Positions 14,703 to 30,305 of a stretch of 64,000 nucleotides of DNA are shown here, piece by piece. The notes beneath the pieces were generated by a model. The model had not been told where the DNA came from. It saw only the letters and a list, made by a program, of their open reading frames with translations, and did not search any database. How positions within the stretch are numbered: position 1 is the stretch's first letter; each line of letters opens with the position of its first letter. Position numbers and translations under genes: made by a program. The stretch comes from the human T2T-CHM13v2.0 reference genome, Homo sapiens, in NCBI RefSeq assembly GCF_009914755.1, contig NC_060946.1; one strand, written 5' to 3'.

Positions 14703-15242
14703 CAATGAGCTGGGTGGTGACATGGGCCCCAGCAGGGGAGAGTTAGTGGGGCTGAAAGAGTAAATGGCACAGCCGAGGCCAGGGCCTGTCTACAGAACAG
14801 GAGACCCCATGTGTAGGTGACTGGGGCCCAGCTGGCTTGACTGGAGGCTGCACTGAGTGCTGAGATGACACCTGGGCTGACAGCCGATCTCCCAGTAATA
14901 GGAAATGAAAACAGGAGCTTGTGAGATGAGCGCTGCTGAAGGGAGCCCAGGAGCAGACATACCTGCAAAAGCTCTTTCTAAAGGACTTCTCTTTTGCTAT
15001 TTTCTCACCTCACTTCCTGCTCAAGAAAGCCAGGGCTTCTCTGTTGGCAGAGGTCACTGTGGCTACACACAAGGGCTTGGGGCCAGCCAGACGTGGGGTG
15101 AGCTGTGTGCGTTTCTGCACAATTAACTTGGAGCCTGTGAATGAGGAGTGGGGCTGGGGTCACACAGGGAGATGCATGCAAAGGCCTGCATGTGGCACTG
15201 AGGTCGCCATGAATGTTCTCATTGGTTGTGTTTATTGATTGC

Positions 15243-16011
<769 letters not shown>

Positions 16012-16813
16012 ACAGGTGATTCTTGAGCCTGTCCCCCCTCTAACCCCTCACCTCCACCTAGCACCCCTGCCATGCTCAGGCCCAACACTGCTCTCTGGGG
16101 ACATGGCAGCCCCCTCATGGCCACCCCAATTCCAGGCCTGTGAACTCTTACTTGTCCTCCTGCTGTGGCCAAGGTTATCTTTCCAGGCACAGCTCTGATG
16201 ATGACCTTCCCCTACTCCCTGCTGTCCAGGATGGCCTTGCTCCTTGAACGAGCACCAACGGACCTCTCCCCTCCTCCCCGACAAACACCTGGCCTCTTCC
16301 TAAAGTCCCCAGTCACTCTCACAGCTCAGTACGCTTGACAAGCTTTCCTCTCCTTGGAATTCCCATTCCCACTGCCCACCTGGCCGGCTACAGGGCATCC
16401 TCCAGGTCCCATCTCCATCTCCCCTGCTCTGGGAAAAGGTCCCAGACTCCCTGGGCAGTTGTGATTCTTCCCTGGGCTGGAGTTCCCGCTGCCTCCTTGC
16501 TCACTGCCCAGCAAGGTGACCCCTCTTAGGTGGGGGCCCTTCGCAAGCGGGAGTGCTCTCAAGGAATCCTCCCTAAGCACTTCTGTGGGCCAGGCCCAGC
16601 ACTGAGGACCCGGGCTCTGCAGAAGCCTCTAGGTGGTGGGTGAGACAGGTGTGCGCCAACCACAGGTACAGGGGAGGGAATGAACATGGTAAGATGGGTG
16701 TGCATATGGTTCTGTAGGTGGGCTGTGGAGGAACGGCCCATGCCACTTCAGGGGAAGTGACATTAAAGCTGGTTTTGGAGGGTCAATTGGGATTCATCAA
16801 AAATCCTTCTCCA

Positions 16814-17153
<340 letters not shown>

Positions 17154-17315
17154 TTATCTCAGAGCCAAGGACATTGATCACCTGCTCCACAATCTGATGT
17201 GAAGAACCTGGAGACATGCGCTGGAAGGCGCTAGAGGCAGCTTCCCAGCAAAGCCAGGACTTCCCTTACTGGGGCCCTGAAAAGGCTTTGCTAAAAGTCT
17301 CTCCCTCCCCCAGCC

Positions 17316-17489
17316 TAGGGCTGGCTTTGCGGCCGTGTGACCTGTATAGCAGCACATGGGCTGCACTGAGAAGGGCCTTTTGCTGGGCTTAATGCTCTGC
17401 TGTTACCGATTTGAAATTCTTAAAATTTTGGACAAGGGGCCTGCATTCTCGTTTTGCATTGAACCCTGCAAATGATGTAGCCAGTCCTG
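17316..17489 (+). mobile_element. MER91A (hAT-Tip100 non-autonomous DNA transposon)
   Basis: TIR-like ends TAGGGCTGGCT...AGCCAGTCCTG; internal TTAATGCTCTGCTG..TTGAAATTCTTAA..CAAGGGGCC. Confidence 0.8.
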
Positions 17490-17679
17490 GCCCAGAATAG
17501 CCCCTTCCCTCCAGCGAAGATGTCTAGAAATTATACTTCACGGTTTCCTGGACACCTGACATAATTTTAGTTAATATTTCATTGTTATTTTCTGGCCTAA
17601 CCATTCATCTGGCATTATTACCCACCCTGGGAACAAAGTTTTTGGCAACCAAGAATGTCCTTGTAAGATGTTCTTTATT

Positions 17680-18153
17680 GACTGGGCACGGTGGCTCACG
17701 CCTGTAATCCCAGCACTTTGGGAGGCCGAGGATGGGAGGATCACCTGGGGTCAGTAGCTCAAGACCAGCCTGGCTCACACCTGTAATCCCAGCACCTTGG
17801 GAGGCTGAGGCGGGAGGATCACCTGGGGTCAGTAACTCAAGACCAGCCTGGCTCACACCTGTAGTCCCAGCACTTTGGGAGGCTGAGGCAGGAGGATCAC
17901 CTGGGGTCAGTAACTCAAGACCAGCCTGGCTCACACCTATAATCCCAGCACTTTGGGAGGCTGAGGCGGGAGGATCACCTGAGGTCAGGAGTTCAAGACC
18001 AGCCTGGCGAACGTGGCACAACTCCATCTCTACTAAAAATACAAAATTAGCCAGGCATGTTGACAGATGCCTGTGATCCCAGGTACTCAGGAGGCTGAGG
18101 TAGGAGACTCGCTGGAACCCAGGAAGCAGAGCTTGCAGTGAGCAGAGATCACC
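17680..18153 (+). mobile_element. AluS with 4x tandem 78-bp amplification of the left arm; 3' truncated
   Basis: Units start at 17692, 17771, 17849 and 17927; normal linker and right arm follow; no tail. Confidence 0.95.
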
Positions 18154-18889
18154 CAGACATAGGCACTGGATGAATTAAGGAGTGATTCACGAGAGGTTCC
18201 CCTTTTTAAGAAAACAATTCCCTATGGAATTCCTTTAACTAGCCACACTCCTAGTACATTTTTAATGTGCTTTAACATATTAAAAATTATTTACACGCAG
18301 TCTTCTCAGGTCTGTTCGTTGAGCCAGTGTGCCTGACCTCCATTCTGTGCGGGGTAAAGGATGGCTGCCACCACCCCCACCCCCTCGGGTGCTGTACACC
18401 AGGGCTGGCACCAACTGGAACATGCTGAGGCATGCCAAGTCAGGACCCCCACGTGGCTCAAGCCTAGGGCTCGGCAGTGAACTATCAGTACAGAGTCCTC
18501 AACTCGTCTTGGGTCCAAAGTGAGTGAGAGTAGCCCTGAATCAACATACTAGCACCTTTCATTGGCCAGAAACACTGTGCTGATCATGGAGACCCAGAAC
18601 GACCCCAGGACCCCAAGACGGTCCTATGAACACAGGCCTGCAACTCCTCGGGACATCTGGTCACCCTCACATGCCTGGGGGAAGGTTGGACAGGGGAGAC
18701 CCAGGAAAAAGGGACCAGACTCCACATGAGTCTCCGCCCAGGACTGGGTGCCCCAGCCAGGTGACATTCTCAGCATGGTTGGTCCCAGGCATGGCAGAGG
18801 TCTTAGAAAATGTGGAGGGAGACCCTGGGAAGAACAGGCCCCTGAGGCAGGGGCCGCACTTGCTGGCATTGAAAGCTCTAAGGGCGGTG

Positions 18890-19020
18890 CAGATTCTGGA
18901 CCTCACTTGCCTCCTCTGTCAGCTGGGAATGATAATCCCCACCGAGACGCGACAACTGTAAGGATCAGCTGAGATGGTGGATTTAAGGGAGCCTGCCAAT
19001 GCTCAGGCATCACGGTGATG
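18890..19020 (+). mobile_element. MIR
   Basis: CCTCACTTGCCTCCTCTGTCAGCTGGGAATGATAAT...GTAAGGATCAGCTGAGAT. Confidence 0.6.
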
Positions 19021-19556
19021 TGGATTTATGACGAGGATGGTGTTTGGGCTCATGTGCATAGAGGAGTGTGAATGCCAATTCCAGAAAATCCCCAGCACAG
19101 CCCTCCTGAGGAGCATAAACAGGGAATGGATGGTGAAAAAAAAAAAAAACCTCTTCTCCAGGATCCTAAAATGTATCGATTTGGTTTTAATGGGGAGCGA
19201 ACCAAATTTCTCTTGAAGCTGTTTCCTGCAGTTTTAGTTGCAGGATGGGAGTGGATTTGCTCATTGATGAAGGAAAGTTACAGAGAATAGAGGAGCCCAC
19301 TACCTGGGTGCCCAGGGAAGGTGTGGGGAGGAGGGATGTGCGGCCCTGAGCCTTTATGCAGGAATCTGGGGGGACTCAGGACTGGGGGAAAGGGGTTACT
19401 GAGGGTCATCAGGAGTGGATGCAGAATCTTCATGAATTTCATGGAGAGGAGAAGAGTGAGGCAGAACTGGGTGCAGGTCCCAAGAGAGGTGCCTAGCTGG
19501 GGCTGGTTGGGGACCTTTTAGGGGCACTATGGGAGATAGGAAATTAGCCAGGAATG

Positions 19557-20314
19557 GCCAGAATCTGCAAATGTTTCCTTATATGGTAAAAGGGATTCTG
19601 CAGATGTGATTAAATCAAGGATCTAGGCGTGGTGACCCACGCCTGTAATCCCAGCACTTTTGGAAGCCAAGGTGGGCAGATCGCTTGAGCTCAGGTGTTC
19701 GAGACCAGCCTGGGCAACATGGCAAAACCCTGTCTCTACAAAAAATACAAAAGTTAGTCAGGTGTGGTGGCACATGCCTGTAATCCCAGGTACTCAGGAG
19801 ACTGCGGTTGGAGAATTGCTTTAGCCTGGGAGGCAGAGGCTGCAGTCAGCCGAGATCGCACCACTGCACTCCAGCCTGGGTGACAGAGCGAGACCCTGTC
19901 TCAAAATAAAATGTAAAAAGTCAAGGATCTTGATGTGGCGATACTGTCCCAGACTATCTGAGTGGGCATGCCGTGATCTCTGGATCCTTATGAGATGGAG
20001 GCAGAGGGATCTTTGATGAGCAAGGAGGAGGAAATGATAGGATGATGGATACGGATTAGAGTGATGGGATTGGAAGATGGTGGAAGGAGCCACAAGCCAA
20101 GGCATGCAGGCAGCCACTGGAAGCCGACAAAAGCAAGGAAACAGATTCTCCCCTGCAGCCTCTAGAAGGAACCAACCCTGCAGATACCTTGACTTTATCC
20201 AGCGAAAATGATTTCAGACTGCTGACCTCCAGAGCTGTAAGTGAATAGAGGTCTACTGTTTTAATCCACTGCATTTGGGGTAACTATTTACAGCAGCCAT
20301 AGAGAACTAATACA
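19557..20314 (+). mobile_element. MLT1D-type LTR interrupted by an Alu
   Basis: TGCAGATGTGATTAA.TCAAGGATCT / GCAAGGAAACAGATTCTCCCCT / CAGCAGCCATAGAGAACTAATACA. Confidence 0.85.
19623..19919 (+). mobile_element. AluJb-like inside MLT1D
   Basis: Dimer flanked by TSD TCAAGGATCT. Confidence 0.9.
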
Positions 20315-20650
20315 CAAGAGGACCCCGAGTTCTGAGTCAGGGCTGGAACCAGGCTGTGCAGGCTACCCCTGGTTCCCAGGTTTCACTCAGGCAGCCCCTC
20401 ACACCTTCACCACCAGCCTCTGTCTTTGCAAACTAAAGAGCCCCTTCTAAAGAACCCCAAGGTTTCCCTTCCCCCAGGAGGGTTCCAAGCACCCTCCAGG
20501 GCCTTTCTTGAGGGTCTTGAGGAGCTGCCTGCTGGATCGCAAGTGTGGAAAACGTTTCCTGGCTTGGGCTCCTGTGTTCTTGTCCTCTAACTCCACCCAA
20601 TCAATCATGAGGCAAAGGGATCTCCATCGGCCATGAAACAGGCTCCTCTA

Positions 20651-21166
<516 letters not shown>

Positions 21167-21567
21167 TCAAATCCAACCATCAATGTGGTTCTTCTGGTTC
21201 CAGAATTCCCTAATTCTAGATGCGTTATTCCTGACTCTTTATTGAATCATAACTGATAGCTCAGAGCAGTCGTTTTATTGGCACAACTGAGTTATCTTCC
21301 CCTGACGGCATTAACTGCTGCTTGCAGACACAGAGTTCATCCAGCACGTGCTTCCCACGCAGGATTCTCAGGAGACCTGCCTGGAGACGCTCTCTCAGTT
21401 TGGCAAGTCATTCCCAGAGGAGGAAGCGACAGTTAGAAACTCAGATATTTCACAGAGTGCCTCCATTTCCAGGTAATTTATTAAAATCTACAAGAACTAA
21501 GGGAGAGCCCTTCCTCATTAATTTCTTGACCTGGAGAATGTTTATTGCCCTTTCCCTTGCTTCCTGA

Positions 21568-21937
<370 letters not shown>

Positions 21938-22094
21938 AAAAAACCGAAGTTTTTGATGAGACAATTTACTTGTAGATTTTTAAAAGTTTAACCAGTATAT
22001 GTCTTAGTTATTCCATGTTCACTGTTTACCCACTAAAAAAAAATTCAATTCCATTATATTCTAGTTCTTTTTTCAGTTAAAGATTTTAATATAT

Positions 22095-22682
<588 letters not shown>

Positions 22683-22944
22683 GGTAATACAGTTGTGCCC
22701 TTGCCATAGGTCTGTCCTCATCACTACTTTGCCTAAGCTTTTATTTACTGACTTGCAGAACATTTATCCCAGCTAAACCCAGAAGCAACCCAGGAGCCTG
22801 TCCTGATGAAGAGACAGAGCCAAGAGGATGCTCACCACCAGCTCTCACCTCTCAAATTCTAATAAAAATGCCTCAAATCTGCCCAGTTAAAGATATGCAG
22901 CAAGGATGGGGATGTATTTATTCAATTATTCATTTGATATGACC

Positions 22945-23151
22945 CTTCCCCCTGCTCCAGGCATGTGAGCCGTGCCTGCTTCCCCTTCACCTTCCGCCAT
23001 GATTTTAGGTTTCCTGAGGCTACCCCAGAAGCAGAAGCTGCTATGCTTCCTGTACAACCTATGGAGCCATCAGTCAATTAAACCTCTTTTCTTTATAAAT
23101 TACCCAGTCCCAGGTATTTCTTTATAGCAGTTGCGAGAACAGACTCATACA
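22945..23151 (+). mobile_element. MSTB-type LTR, 3' half
   Basis: CCAGAAGCAGAAGCTGCTATGCTTCCTGTACA...AATTAAACCTCTTTTCTTTATAAATTACCCAG...GACTCATACA. Confidence 0.85.
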
Positions 23152-23159
23152 TCCTCCAG

Positions 23160-23630
23160 CAGCTCATTCACCATCCAGCAGCAAATATAAGCATGGCCCT
23201 CCTGGCTCAGACTCCTCAGCCTCAAGGTTGAGAGCTTCCAAGCTGCTCCTCACCAACTGCCCAGCTCAGTGGTCACTCCAGCCACGCTGGACACCAGCAG
23301 TCTCTCTCTCCCCAAGTCTCGCTGGCCTCTGGGCTTCAGCACAGCCTGTCCCCCATGGCTAACTGCTGCTACCTCTATGCTGCAATTTCCAGGTCAGCTG
23401 TGCCCACCCCCTTATCCCCCCAGGCCCTAGTGCCCCTCAGCTGGGACATTCCCTGGAGGCCACGCAGCCTGTGCTGTCCCATCTGAGGACTTCTCCGATG
23501 CTATCAAAAGTGCCTGTGACCTCTGACTCCCCCAGGGGCTCCACCTCAGTGACCGTGCCCTGGCCACTTTCCAGCTTTCACACCGAGCCTGAGACACAGC
23601 AGACATTCAATAAATCTTTGATGAATAAAG
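23160..23630 (+). mobile_element. L2 3' region
   Basis: Ends GCCTGAGACACAGCAGACATTCAATAAATCTTTGATGAATAAA, a typical L2 terminus. Confidence 0.6.
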
Positions 23631-23689
23631 GCAGGATCCACTGACTACTTTAAGGGAAGTGAGATGATCAAGTTTGCTTTTGTAAATAT

Positions 23690-24082
23690 TTGTCTAAGTT
23701 ATTAAAGCAGCCCATATTAGTGATAACCAATGAAAATGACACCAAAGAGCCTCCCAAGAAATGACTTCTCCAGATCTCATTCCTCGGGGGTAACTGCTGT
23801 TTTCAGTTTGGGATGAATCATTTCAGAATTAAAACAATAACAACACAACCAGCACCAATCCAATTCCATATACAGGGAAGCATTTTTTAAAGAATAAATA
23901 TAGATATCCGTGCATACATGCATAACATTATACTATATATACCATCTTGTAACTTGCTTTTGTCTATAAACATATCAAGAATCGGGAATATTTTTCTGTA
24001 ATAGATACTATTTGTAAATAGATACTATCTGCTTTTTTAAGCTTGCATCTTATTCAACTTAGCGAATGCACCATAATATATA
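23690..24082 (-). mobile_element. L1ME-type 3' fragment
   Basis: GGTAACTGCTGTTTTCAGTTTGG...TGTAACTTGCTTTT pattern of old L1 3' UTRs. Confidence 0.5.
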
Positions 24083-24600
<518 letters not shown>

Positions 24601-25832
24601 TTTCTCCCTGCAGCCCTGATTTAGCAATTCCCACATGGTGGACACTTGGTGTTTTGCACTTTTGCTGTGCCATGAGGCTGCAGTCCGCACCTCGTGGCCT
24701 CTCTCCCTGCTCACCTGCACACATCCTTCCCTCCCACAGGTGCATCCTTCCCTCCCACAGATGGGCCAGAGTGGAGGGCAGTGCGAGGTTATGCAGGCAC
24801 AGGAGGCTGCTCCCAGAGGAGGGAGGCGTGGCAGTTGTCTACCTTACCTCCACCTTGTTTCTGTGATTTGCACTTTAGCAAGCTCACTCTGGCTCCTGGG
24901 GCTGAGACTTGGAGGGAGAAGGCTGGTCTAGAGGCTTCAGTGGAGGGACAGAGGCAAGGGGACAGACATTAGAGAGCTTTAGACAAGACTCCTGTCTGGT
25001 TGGGTGTGGAGTTGAGTGAGGGGAATGATGAAGGACTTCAGCTTTGTTATTTAGGCAAAGGAAGTCATGGGGCCCTTCAGGGAGGCAGCAGGAACAGGGG
25101 AGGAGGTTCATCAAGAGGCTGAGGGATCCAGTTGTGGCTCCGATGTTTGGGTGCCCTTGGGATACCCGGGAGGCAGGAGTCATAGATTTGGAGCGTCCCG
25201 AGTGGCCAGACGAGAGCCGAAGCCATGGATGGGGATGTGACGCCCTTCCTTCTAGATTGGATCTACCGAATTAAAGACACACACAAGCTCAAGCACACGT
25301 GCACACACAAAGCTTGTTTTTTAAAATCCAGCAGAAATTGTGCGGACACACACAGCTGGAGGGTGATTTAGCTACAGAACACAGAGACCTGGAAAACCCA
25401 GCAGGAGGAGCTGAGCCTGCCGTGGATGCCCTGGTGGAAGAGCTGTGAAGAAGCGTTACATCCAGGCTAGTGGCACCAGCAGGTAGCTGAAGGGGATGTG
25501 TGATGCAGGTCTGTGGCCGACACCCGGCCATCCTGCTCTTTCTGCTGCGCTGAGCTAGACAACAGTCTGTCCCACTCCAGGCACGTTGCCTTTCCCCGGT
25601 GCCCCTTACATGGATCTCTGGGCCGCCTGGGTCTAGCCTGTCCCCAGCTTGCCATCACCCCTCACTCCTCCACCTGCCATTCCGCACAGGAGGAAACTGA
25701 GCCACTGCCCCGCTTCTGAGAACTCCTCAGCTATCCTTAACTCTCCCACAGCCTCCCCTCTGAGGATGAGTGTCTTCACCTGCAGAGCCTGCAGCGGGGG
25801 ACAAGATTAAGGTTAAGGTCCTTCCTTGAGTC

Positions 25833-26087
25833 AGAGTAGCATGGGCAATGAAGGAACCATGGGCAGGCAGATCTGGTTCCAATCTTACGTCAGATCTGAT
25901 CAGCTATGTGACTTTAAGTCAGTTATTTAACCTCTCTGAGATATACATCTCTCTCTCCCTCTCTCTTTCTAGTGGGGACGATAATTCCCAGCTTGCAGGG
26001 GTTTTCTGGGAAGCTGAGAACATGGATGTGAAGTATCTAGTACATCACTGGGACTAACTAAACAGCAGCTGTAATTACAATTATTAT
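25833..26087 (+). mobile_element. MIR, near full length
   Basis: AGCTATGTGACTTTAAGTCAGTTATTTAACCTCTCTGAG...GGGGACGATAAT. Confidence 0.7.
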
Positions 26088-26799
26088 AGGAATTCTGAGC
26101 TATTTCAACTCCACAGTTAAAGGGAGATATTTTCAAAGTTCCAAGCCATGTAAGGTAAATCAGGGACAGTTCACACTGCCACTGTCCCCCAGAGTGAATT
26201 ATTCACCCTGAAAAGTGTGTTCAATAGAGATTATTAACTTGCAGAGGGGAATAAGTTTCAAAGAATGGCAAAAGCACGTCTAATCTTAATTAGGTGCCAT
26301 TTTTCTCTGTCCACCTAGAAAAAAACTAGTTCCTGGATTTGCAGGAGCTGGGGTCCATTGCAAAGGGGAAAACAATAGCTTAGAGGATTCCTGCAGGTTA
26401 GGATAAAGGAGAGACTATCCATGGGGGAGGACCACATGGAAAAACACTGCTCTGTCCAGGGGTGAGTGAGTGTCACAGCCTCCTCCCATGTCACAACGCA
26501 CAGTGCTGCCTCTACTTGGGACATCAGTGTGTTTCAGAAGCCATCAGATTCTCTGTGAAGTGCACAGTTTACAAGCCCTATGTTCCCGCCAACTGGCACC
26601 CTGAGACAGTGGCTTTGTGCCCTGAGCCTGGGCTGCAGTGGAATGAAAGTTCATTGCACATTGAGCTGCTGGAACAGAAGGTGGTTTGCTCAACATGGTA
26701 CAGCTCCGACCGTGAGCTGATGGAAGCCTGTTCTTGAGGGAGGCTTCTGTCCCCTTCCCCTATTCAGAGCAGCCCCTGCGCTTTCACACAGGAGTTCAG

Positions 26800-27010
26800 C
26801 TGAGGAGTATCCCGAACTCAGAGGACCCCTCTGTGTTCCAGTCAAGCCTCTGCCATCACCTGCTATGTGTCTTTGGGAAAGTCCCTCAACTTCTCTGTGA
26901 CTCAGTTTCTTCACCTGTAAAACAGGGATGACAAGTGTATTTGCACCATCTACCCGTTAAAGAGAATAATGGACGTAAAGGTGCCATGTGCCCATATAAT
27001 TCATCGTGAT
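26800..27010 (+). mobile_element. MIR
   Basis: CTTCTCTGTGACTCAGTTTCTTCACCTGTAAAACAGGGATGA. Confidence 0.75.
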
Positions 27011-28559
27011 TGTCATTCTCTTGTTCTACTTGTGCCCCCCACCCCAAGACTTCCTGCCCAAGAATGTACCATGGAAAATCCAGGCACTGTGGCCTCACAG
27101 AATGTGCTGGAAGAGGGTGTTTTGGTGAGGAGGTGGTGTCCCCCATGGAATGCAGCTGAGAGAGTAAGTAAGCGGAGGCCAAGCACCCCTATGAGCCCTG
27201 ACTGAGGCCTCTTCATGGGGCACCTCCCGAGGCTCTGGTCACGCACCACCCACCTCGCTCAGGATCCTACGCCCTCCACTTCTTACCAGGGCGCCCACTC
27301 CAGAAATTCAGTGTAAGTCATTACTCTCCCAATGTAAGGCTTTCAATGCACCCCATAAAGAGGGGCCCAGGTGCTGGCTCTTCCCACCCCTGCTCCCGTC
27401 CCACTCCAACCCATCCCTCCTGGCTTTGGCCATCACTGTCCCACCGCAACCTCAGGGCCACCATGTTCGTGGTCCCCATCTGTCCTCAGCAACACTCAAC
27501 TCCTGGACTGCCCCCTTCTTCCCGTGGCCCCCGGCTCCCACTGTTCCCCACCCTCCTTCCCAGGCTCCATGGCCAGGTGGCCCCTCTGCCCATCCTGAGC
27601 CTCTGCTCTCTGGTTGGCCACCCCAGCACGTGACTCACCTGGGCTAAATGCCCTTCAGCCGCATCTCTCCCTGAGTACTGTGCGTGGCCATCAGCTCCTT
27701 CTTGTCACCTCTCTGGACTCTCAGTGGGCATCTCAGGTTCAAATAAAAGTCCCCACTCCCTCTCCCCCAAGCAGCCCCTCCCCTGTCCTCTATCTGGTTG
27801 TCTACAGCAAAGCCCTGGGCAGCAGTCATGGCTCCCACGTCAGTCCACCCCATTTCTCATGGGACCACCTTCAGATTTCTGAGCACTTGCCCAGCCTCCT
27901 TCGAGCCTCCTCAGGAGGTCACCCTGCACTTCTGCAAGCCAGGCTCTGCCTTTCCTCCTGCAGGAGAGCTCTGTGTGTCCTTTGGCCATCACCTTAGAGC
28001 CCGCAGCACATCCAAGCTTATCCACTCACATCTTCTTTCCACCCTTAAGAACAGAAGCGGCACGGAGCAGAGACCAGCCTAGGACCCGAGTCCTGGGCAC
28101 AGGGCCTGCCGCATCGGGCATGGATGACGGGTGTGGGATTCCACCCCCCGTAAGGCCCGCCCCAGCTCTCTGTCACCTCCCCCAAGACCCAGGCTCTAAC
28201 TCAGAGATCTCTGAAAATAGGACAATGATTCCTTGTGTTGTGGCCTCTGTTCATTCCACTCTCTGCCTCTAATACTCTTCGGTCTTTCTGTTCTGTTTGG
28301 TCAGCTGCGGGTCCCTCTTCAAGCAGCAACTCACAGGTCCATCTCTTCGGGGTGCCCTCCAGGCCTCCCAGGGAGGGGACTGCATTGCTGGGTCCCTTCT
28401 CAGGGACCCTCATTCCATCCTCACCACCCTGGCCTCATCCCTCATCTCTCCCTGCTGTGGCAGAACACTTCTGCCTCCCTTCTCTCCGACAGAAGACGAA
28501 GCTTCTATACTTGCTTCCAATGGCTTCTTGAAAAGCGGCATGGCCCAGTCCATCAGGCT

Positions 28560-28937
28560 TGTGAAAGGAAAATAAATCTCGGGGCCCCAGATCACTAAGC
28601 TAAAGGGAAAAGTTGAGCTGGGAACTGCTTAGGGTCAACCTGCCTCCCATTCTATTCAAAGTCACCCCTCTGCTCACTGAGATAAATGCATATCTGATTG
28701 CCTCCTTTGGAGAGGCTCATCAGAAACTCAAAAGAATGCAACCTTTTGTCTCTTATCTACCTAAGCCCCTCCCTGCTTCCCTCCCACCATTGCATCGAGT
28801 TGTCCCGCCTTTCCAGACTGAACCAATGTTCCTCTTACACGTGTTGATTGATGTCTTCTGTCTCCCTAGAATGTATAAAACCAAACTGTCCTCTGACCAC
28901 CTTGGGCACATGTCTTCAAGACCTCCTGAGGCTGTAT
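28560..28937 (+). mobile_element. MER4A1-type ERV1 LTR, 3' truncated
   Basis: TGTGAAAGGAAAATAAATCT..ATCACTAAGCTAAAGGGAAAAG..CTGCCTCCCATTCTATTCAAAGTCACCCC..GACCTCCTGAGGCTGT; TATAAAA present. Confidence 0.88.
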
Positions 28938-28953
28938 TCTTGGCATATAAAGG

Positions 28954-29387
28954 TGTAAACCAGAAAGTATCTGAGACGGGTCTCAATTAATTTAGAAGTT
29001 TATTTTGCCAAGATTAAGGACATGCCCCAGAGAGAAGTCTGTGCCTTTCTCCAAAGATGATTTTGAGGGCTTCCATATTTAAAGGGGAAAAGTGAACTGG
29101 AGGAGAAAGAGGGAGGGTGTAGTTACTGAATCCACATGTTACAAGGGAAAAGCAGCAGGTAGGGGAGTAGTCAATCATGTATTCGCCTGGCACTCAGTAA
29201 ATCAGCACTTTACATAAGATAAGGTGAACACTGGATTAGCTACCTGGAGAGATACTTAACCTTTTCTCTGTAGCTCTCTGCTTAGGAACAAAAGGAAAGG
29301 TAGCTTCTTGCATGACTCAGCTTGCAGCCTAATTTCTTTCTTTTGGCCAAGTGAATTGGGGTCCTGAGTTTTTATTTTCCTTTCACA
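28954..29387 (-). mobile_element. MER4C-type solo ERV1 LTR, complete
   Basis: TG...CA ends, 4-bp TSD AAGG (28950-28953 and 29388-29391), GCTGAGTCATGCAAGAAGCT on the minus strand. Confidence 0.88.
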
Positions 29388-29470
29388 AAGGGGAGCTTTA
29401 GAAGATCCTTCTCTTGCCCAAAACATAAAAATAAAAAGTTGGCTTTCAAGACTATGTTCTTACTCCAGAT

Positions 29471-29662
29471 CAGGGGCTCTCAGCTGGGATGATTCTGCCT
29501 GCCAGGGGGCATTGGGTGGTGTCTGGAGACATTTTTAATCATCTGGACTTGGAGGCCGAGGAGTGGCCCCTCTATCTGAATGTGGGTAGAGGCCAAGGAT
29601 GCTGCTGATGCCCTACAGGATCTTACCTCAAATGTCCACAGTGTCCAGGCTGAGCAACTCTG
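29471..29662 (+). mobile_element. MER20 (hAT-Charlie)
   Basis: TGTCTGGAGACATTTTT, GTGGGTAGAGGCCAAGGATGCTGCT, CAG...CTG termini. Confidence 0.85.
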
Positions 29663-29972
29663 CCCTAGGCCTAACAAATCCTACTTTGCATGCAAAAACC
29701 AAGCCCCAATTCTTTTCTCTTGATGTTCCTCCTGAAGCAATGCTAATTGCCCCTGAGGCAAAGGACACCTTGGCTGAATAGAAGGGACTCAAGAAAATGC
29801 ATGCTTTTAAATACAGCCTTTACAAATGTCACCAAGGAGAGGTCCTTAGCACTGTGGGACTATATTGAGGGCCCCTGACATCATCTGGGTCTCCTCAGGG
29901 GAGATTGAGATTTGAAATACAAGGGAAGAGGAGTTCTGAGCAAAAGGACATACAGGCCCAGAAGTTGGGCTG

Positions 29973-30305
29973 TGATATGGTTTGGCTGTGTCCCCACCCG
30001 TATCTCATCTTGAATTATAGCTCCCACAGGTCATGGGAGGGACCCAATGGGAGGTAATTAAATCATGGGGGCAGGTTTTCCAATGCTGTTCTCATGATAG
30101 TGAATAAGTCTCATGAGATCTGATGGTTTTATAAAGGGCAGTTCCCCTGCACACATTCTCTTGCCTGCCACCATGTAAGATATGCCTTTGCTCCTCCTTT
30201 GCCTTCTGCCATGATTGTGAGGCCTCCCCAGCCATGTGGAACTGTGAGTCCAATAAATCTCTTTTTCTTTATAAATTACCCAGTCTCAGGTATTTCATTA
30301 TAACA
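29973..30305 (+). mobile_element. THE1C-type LTR, slightly 3' truncated
   Basis: TGATATGGTTTGGCTGTGTCCCCACCC...GGCAGTTCCCCTGCAC...CCAGCCATGTGGAACTGTGAGTCCA. Confidence 0.9.

Noticed and set aside
14729-14742. CTCF-like CCAGCAGGGGGAGA
   Set aside because: Mismatch at a core position; cannot be supported without ChIP data
19179-19207. 8-bp inverted repeat ATTTGGTT...AACCAAAT
   Set aside because: AT-rich short stem with a 13-nt loop, within chance expectation
28560-29387. Novel DNA transposon with 17-bp TIRs
   Set aside because: The TIRs are the 5' ends of two related MER4-group LTRs in opposite orientation. There is no TSD around the whole unit, and MER4C has its own TSD.
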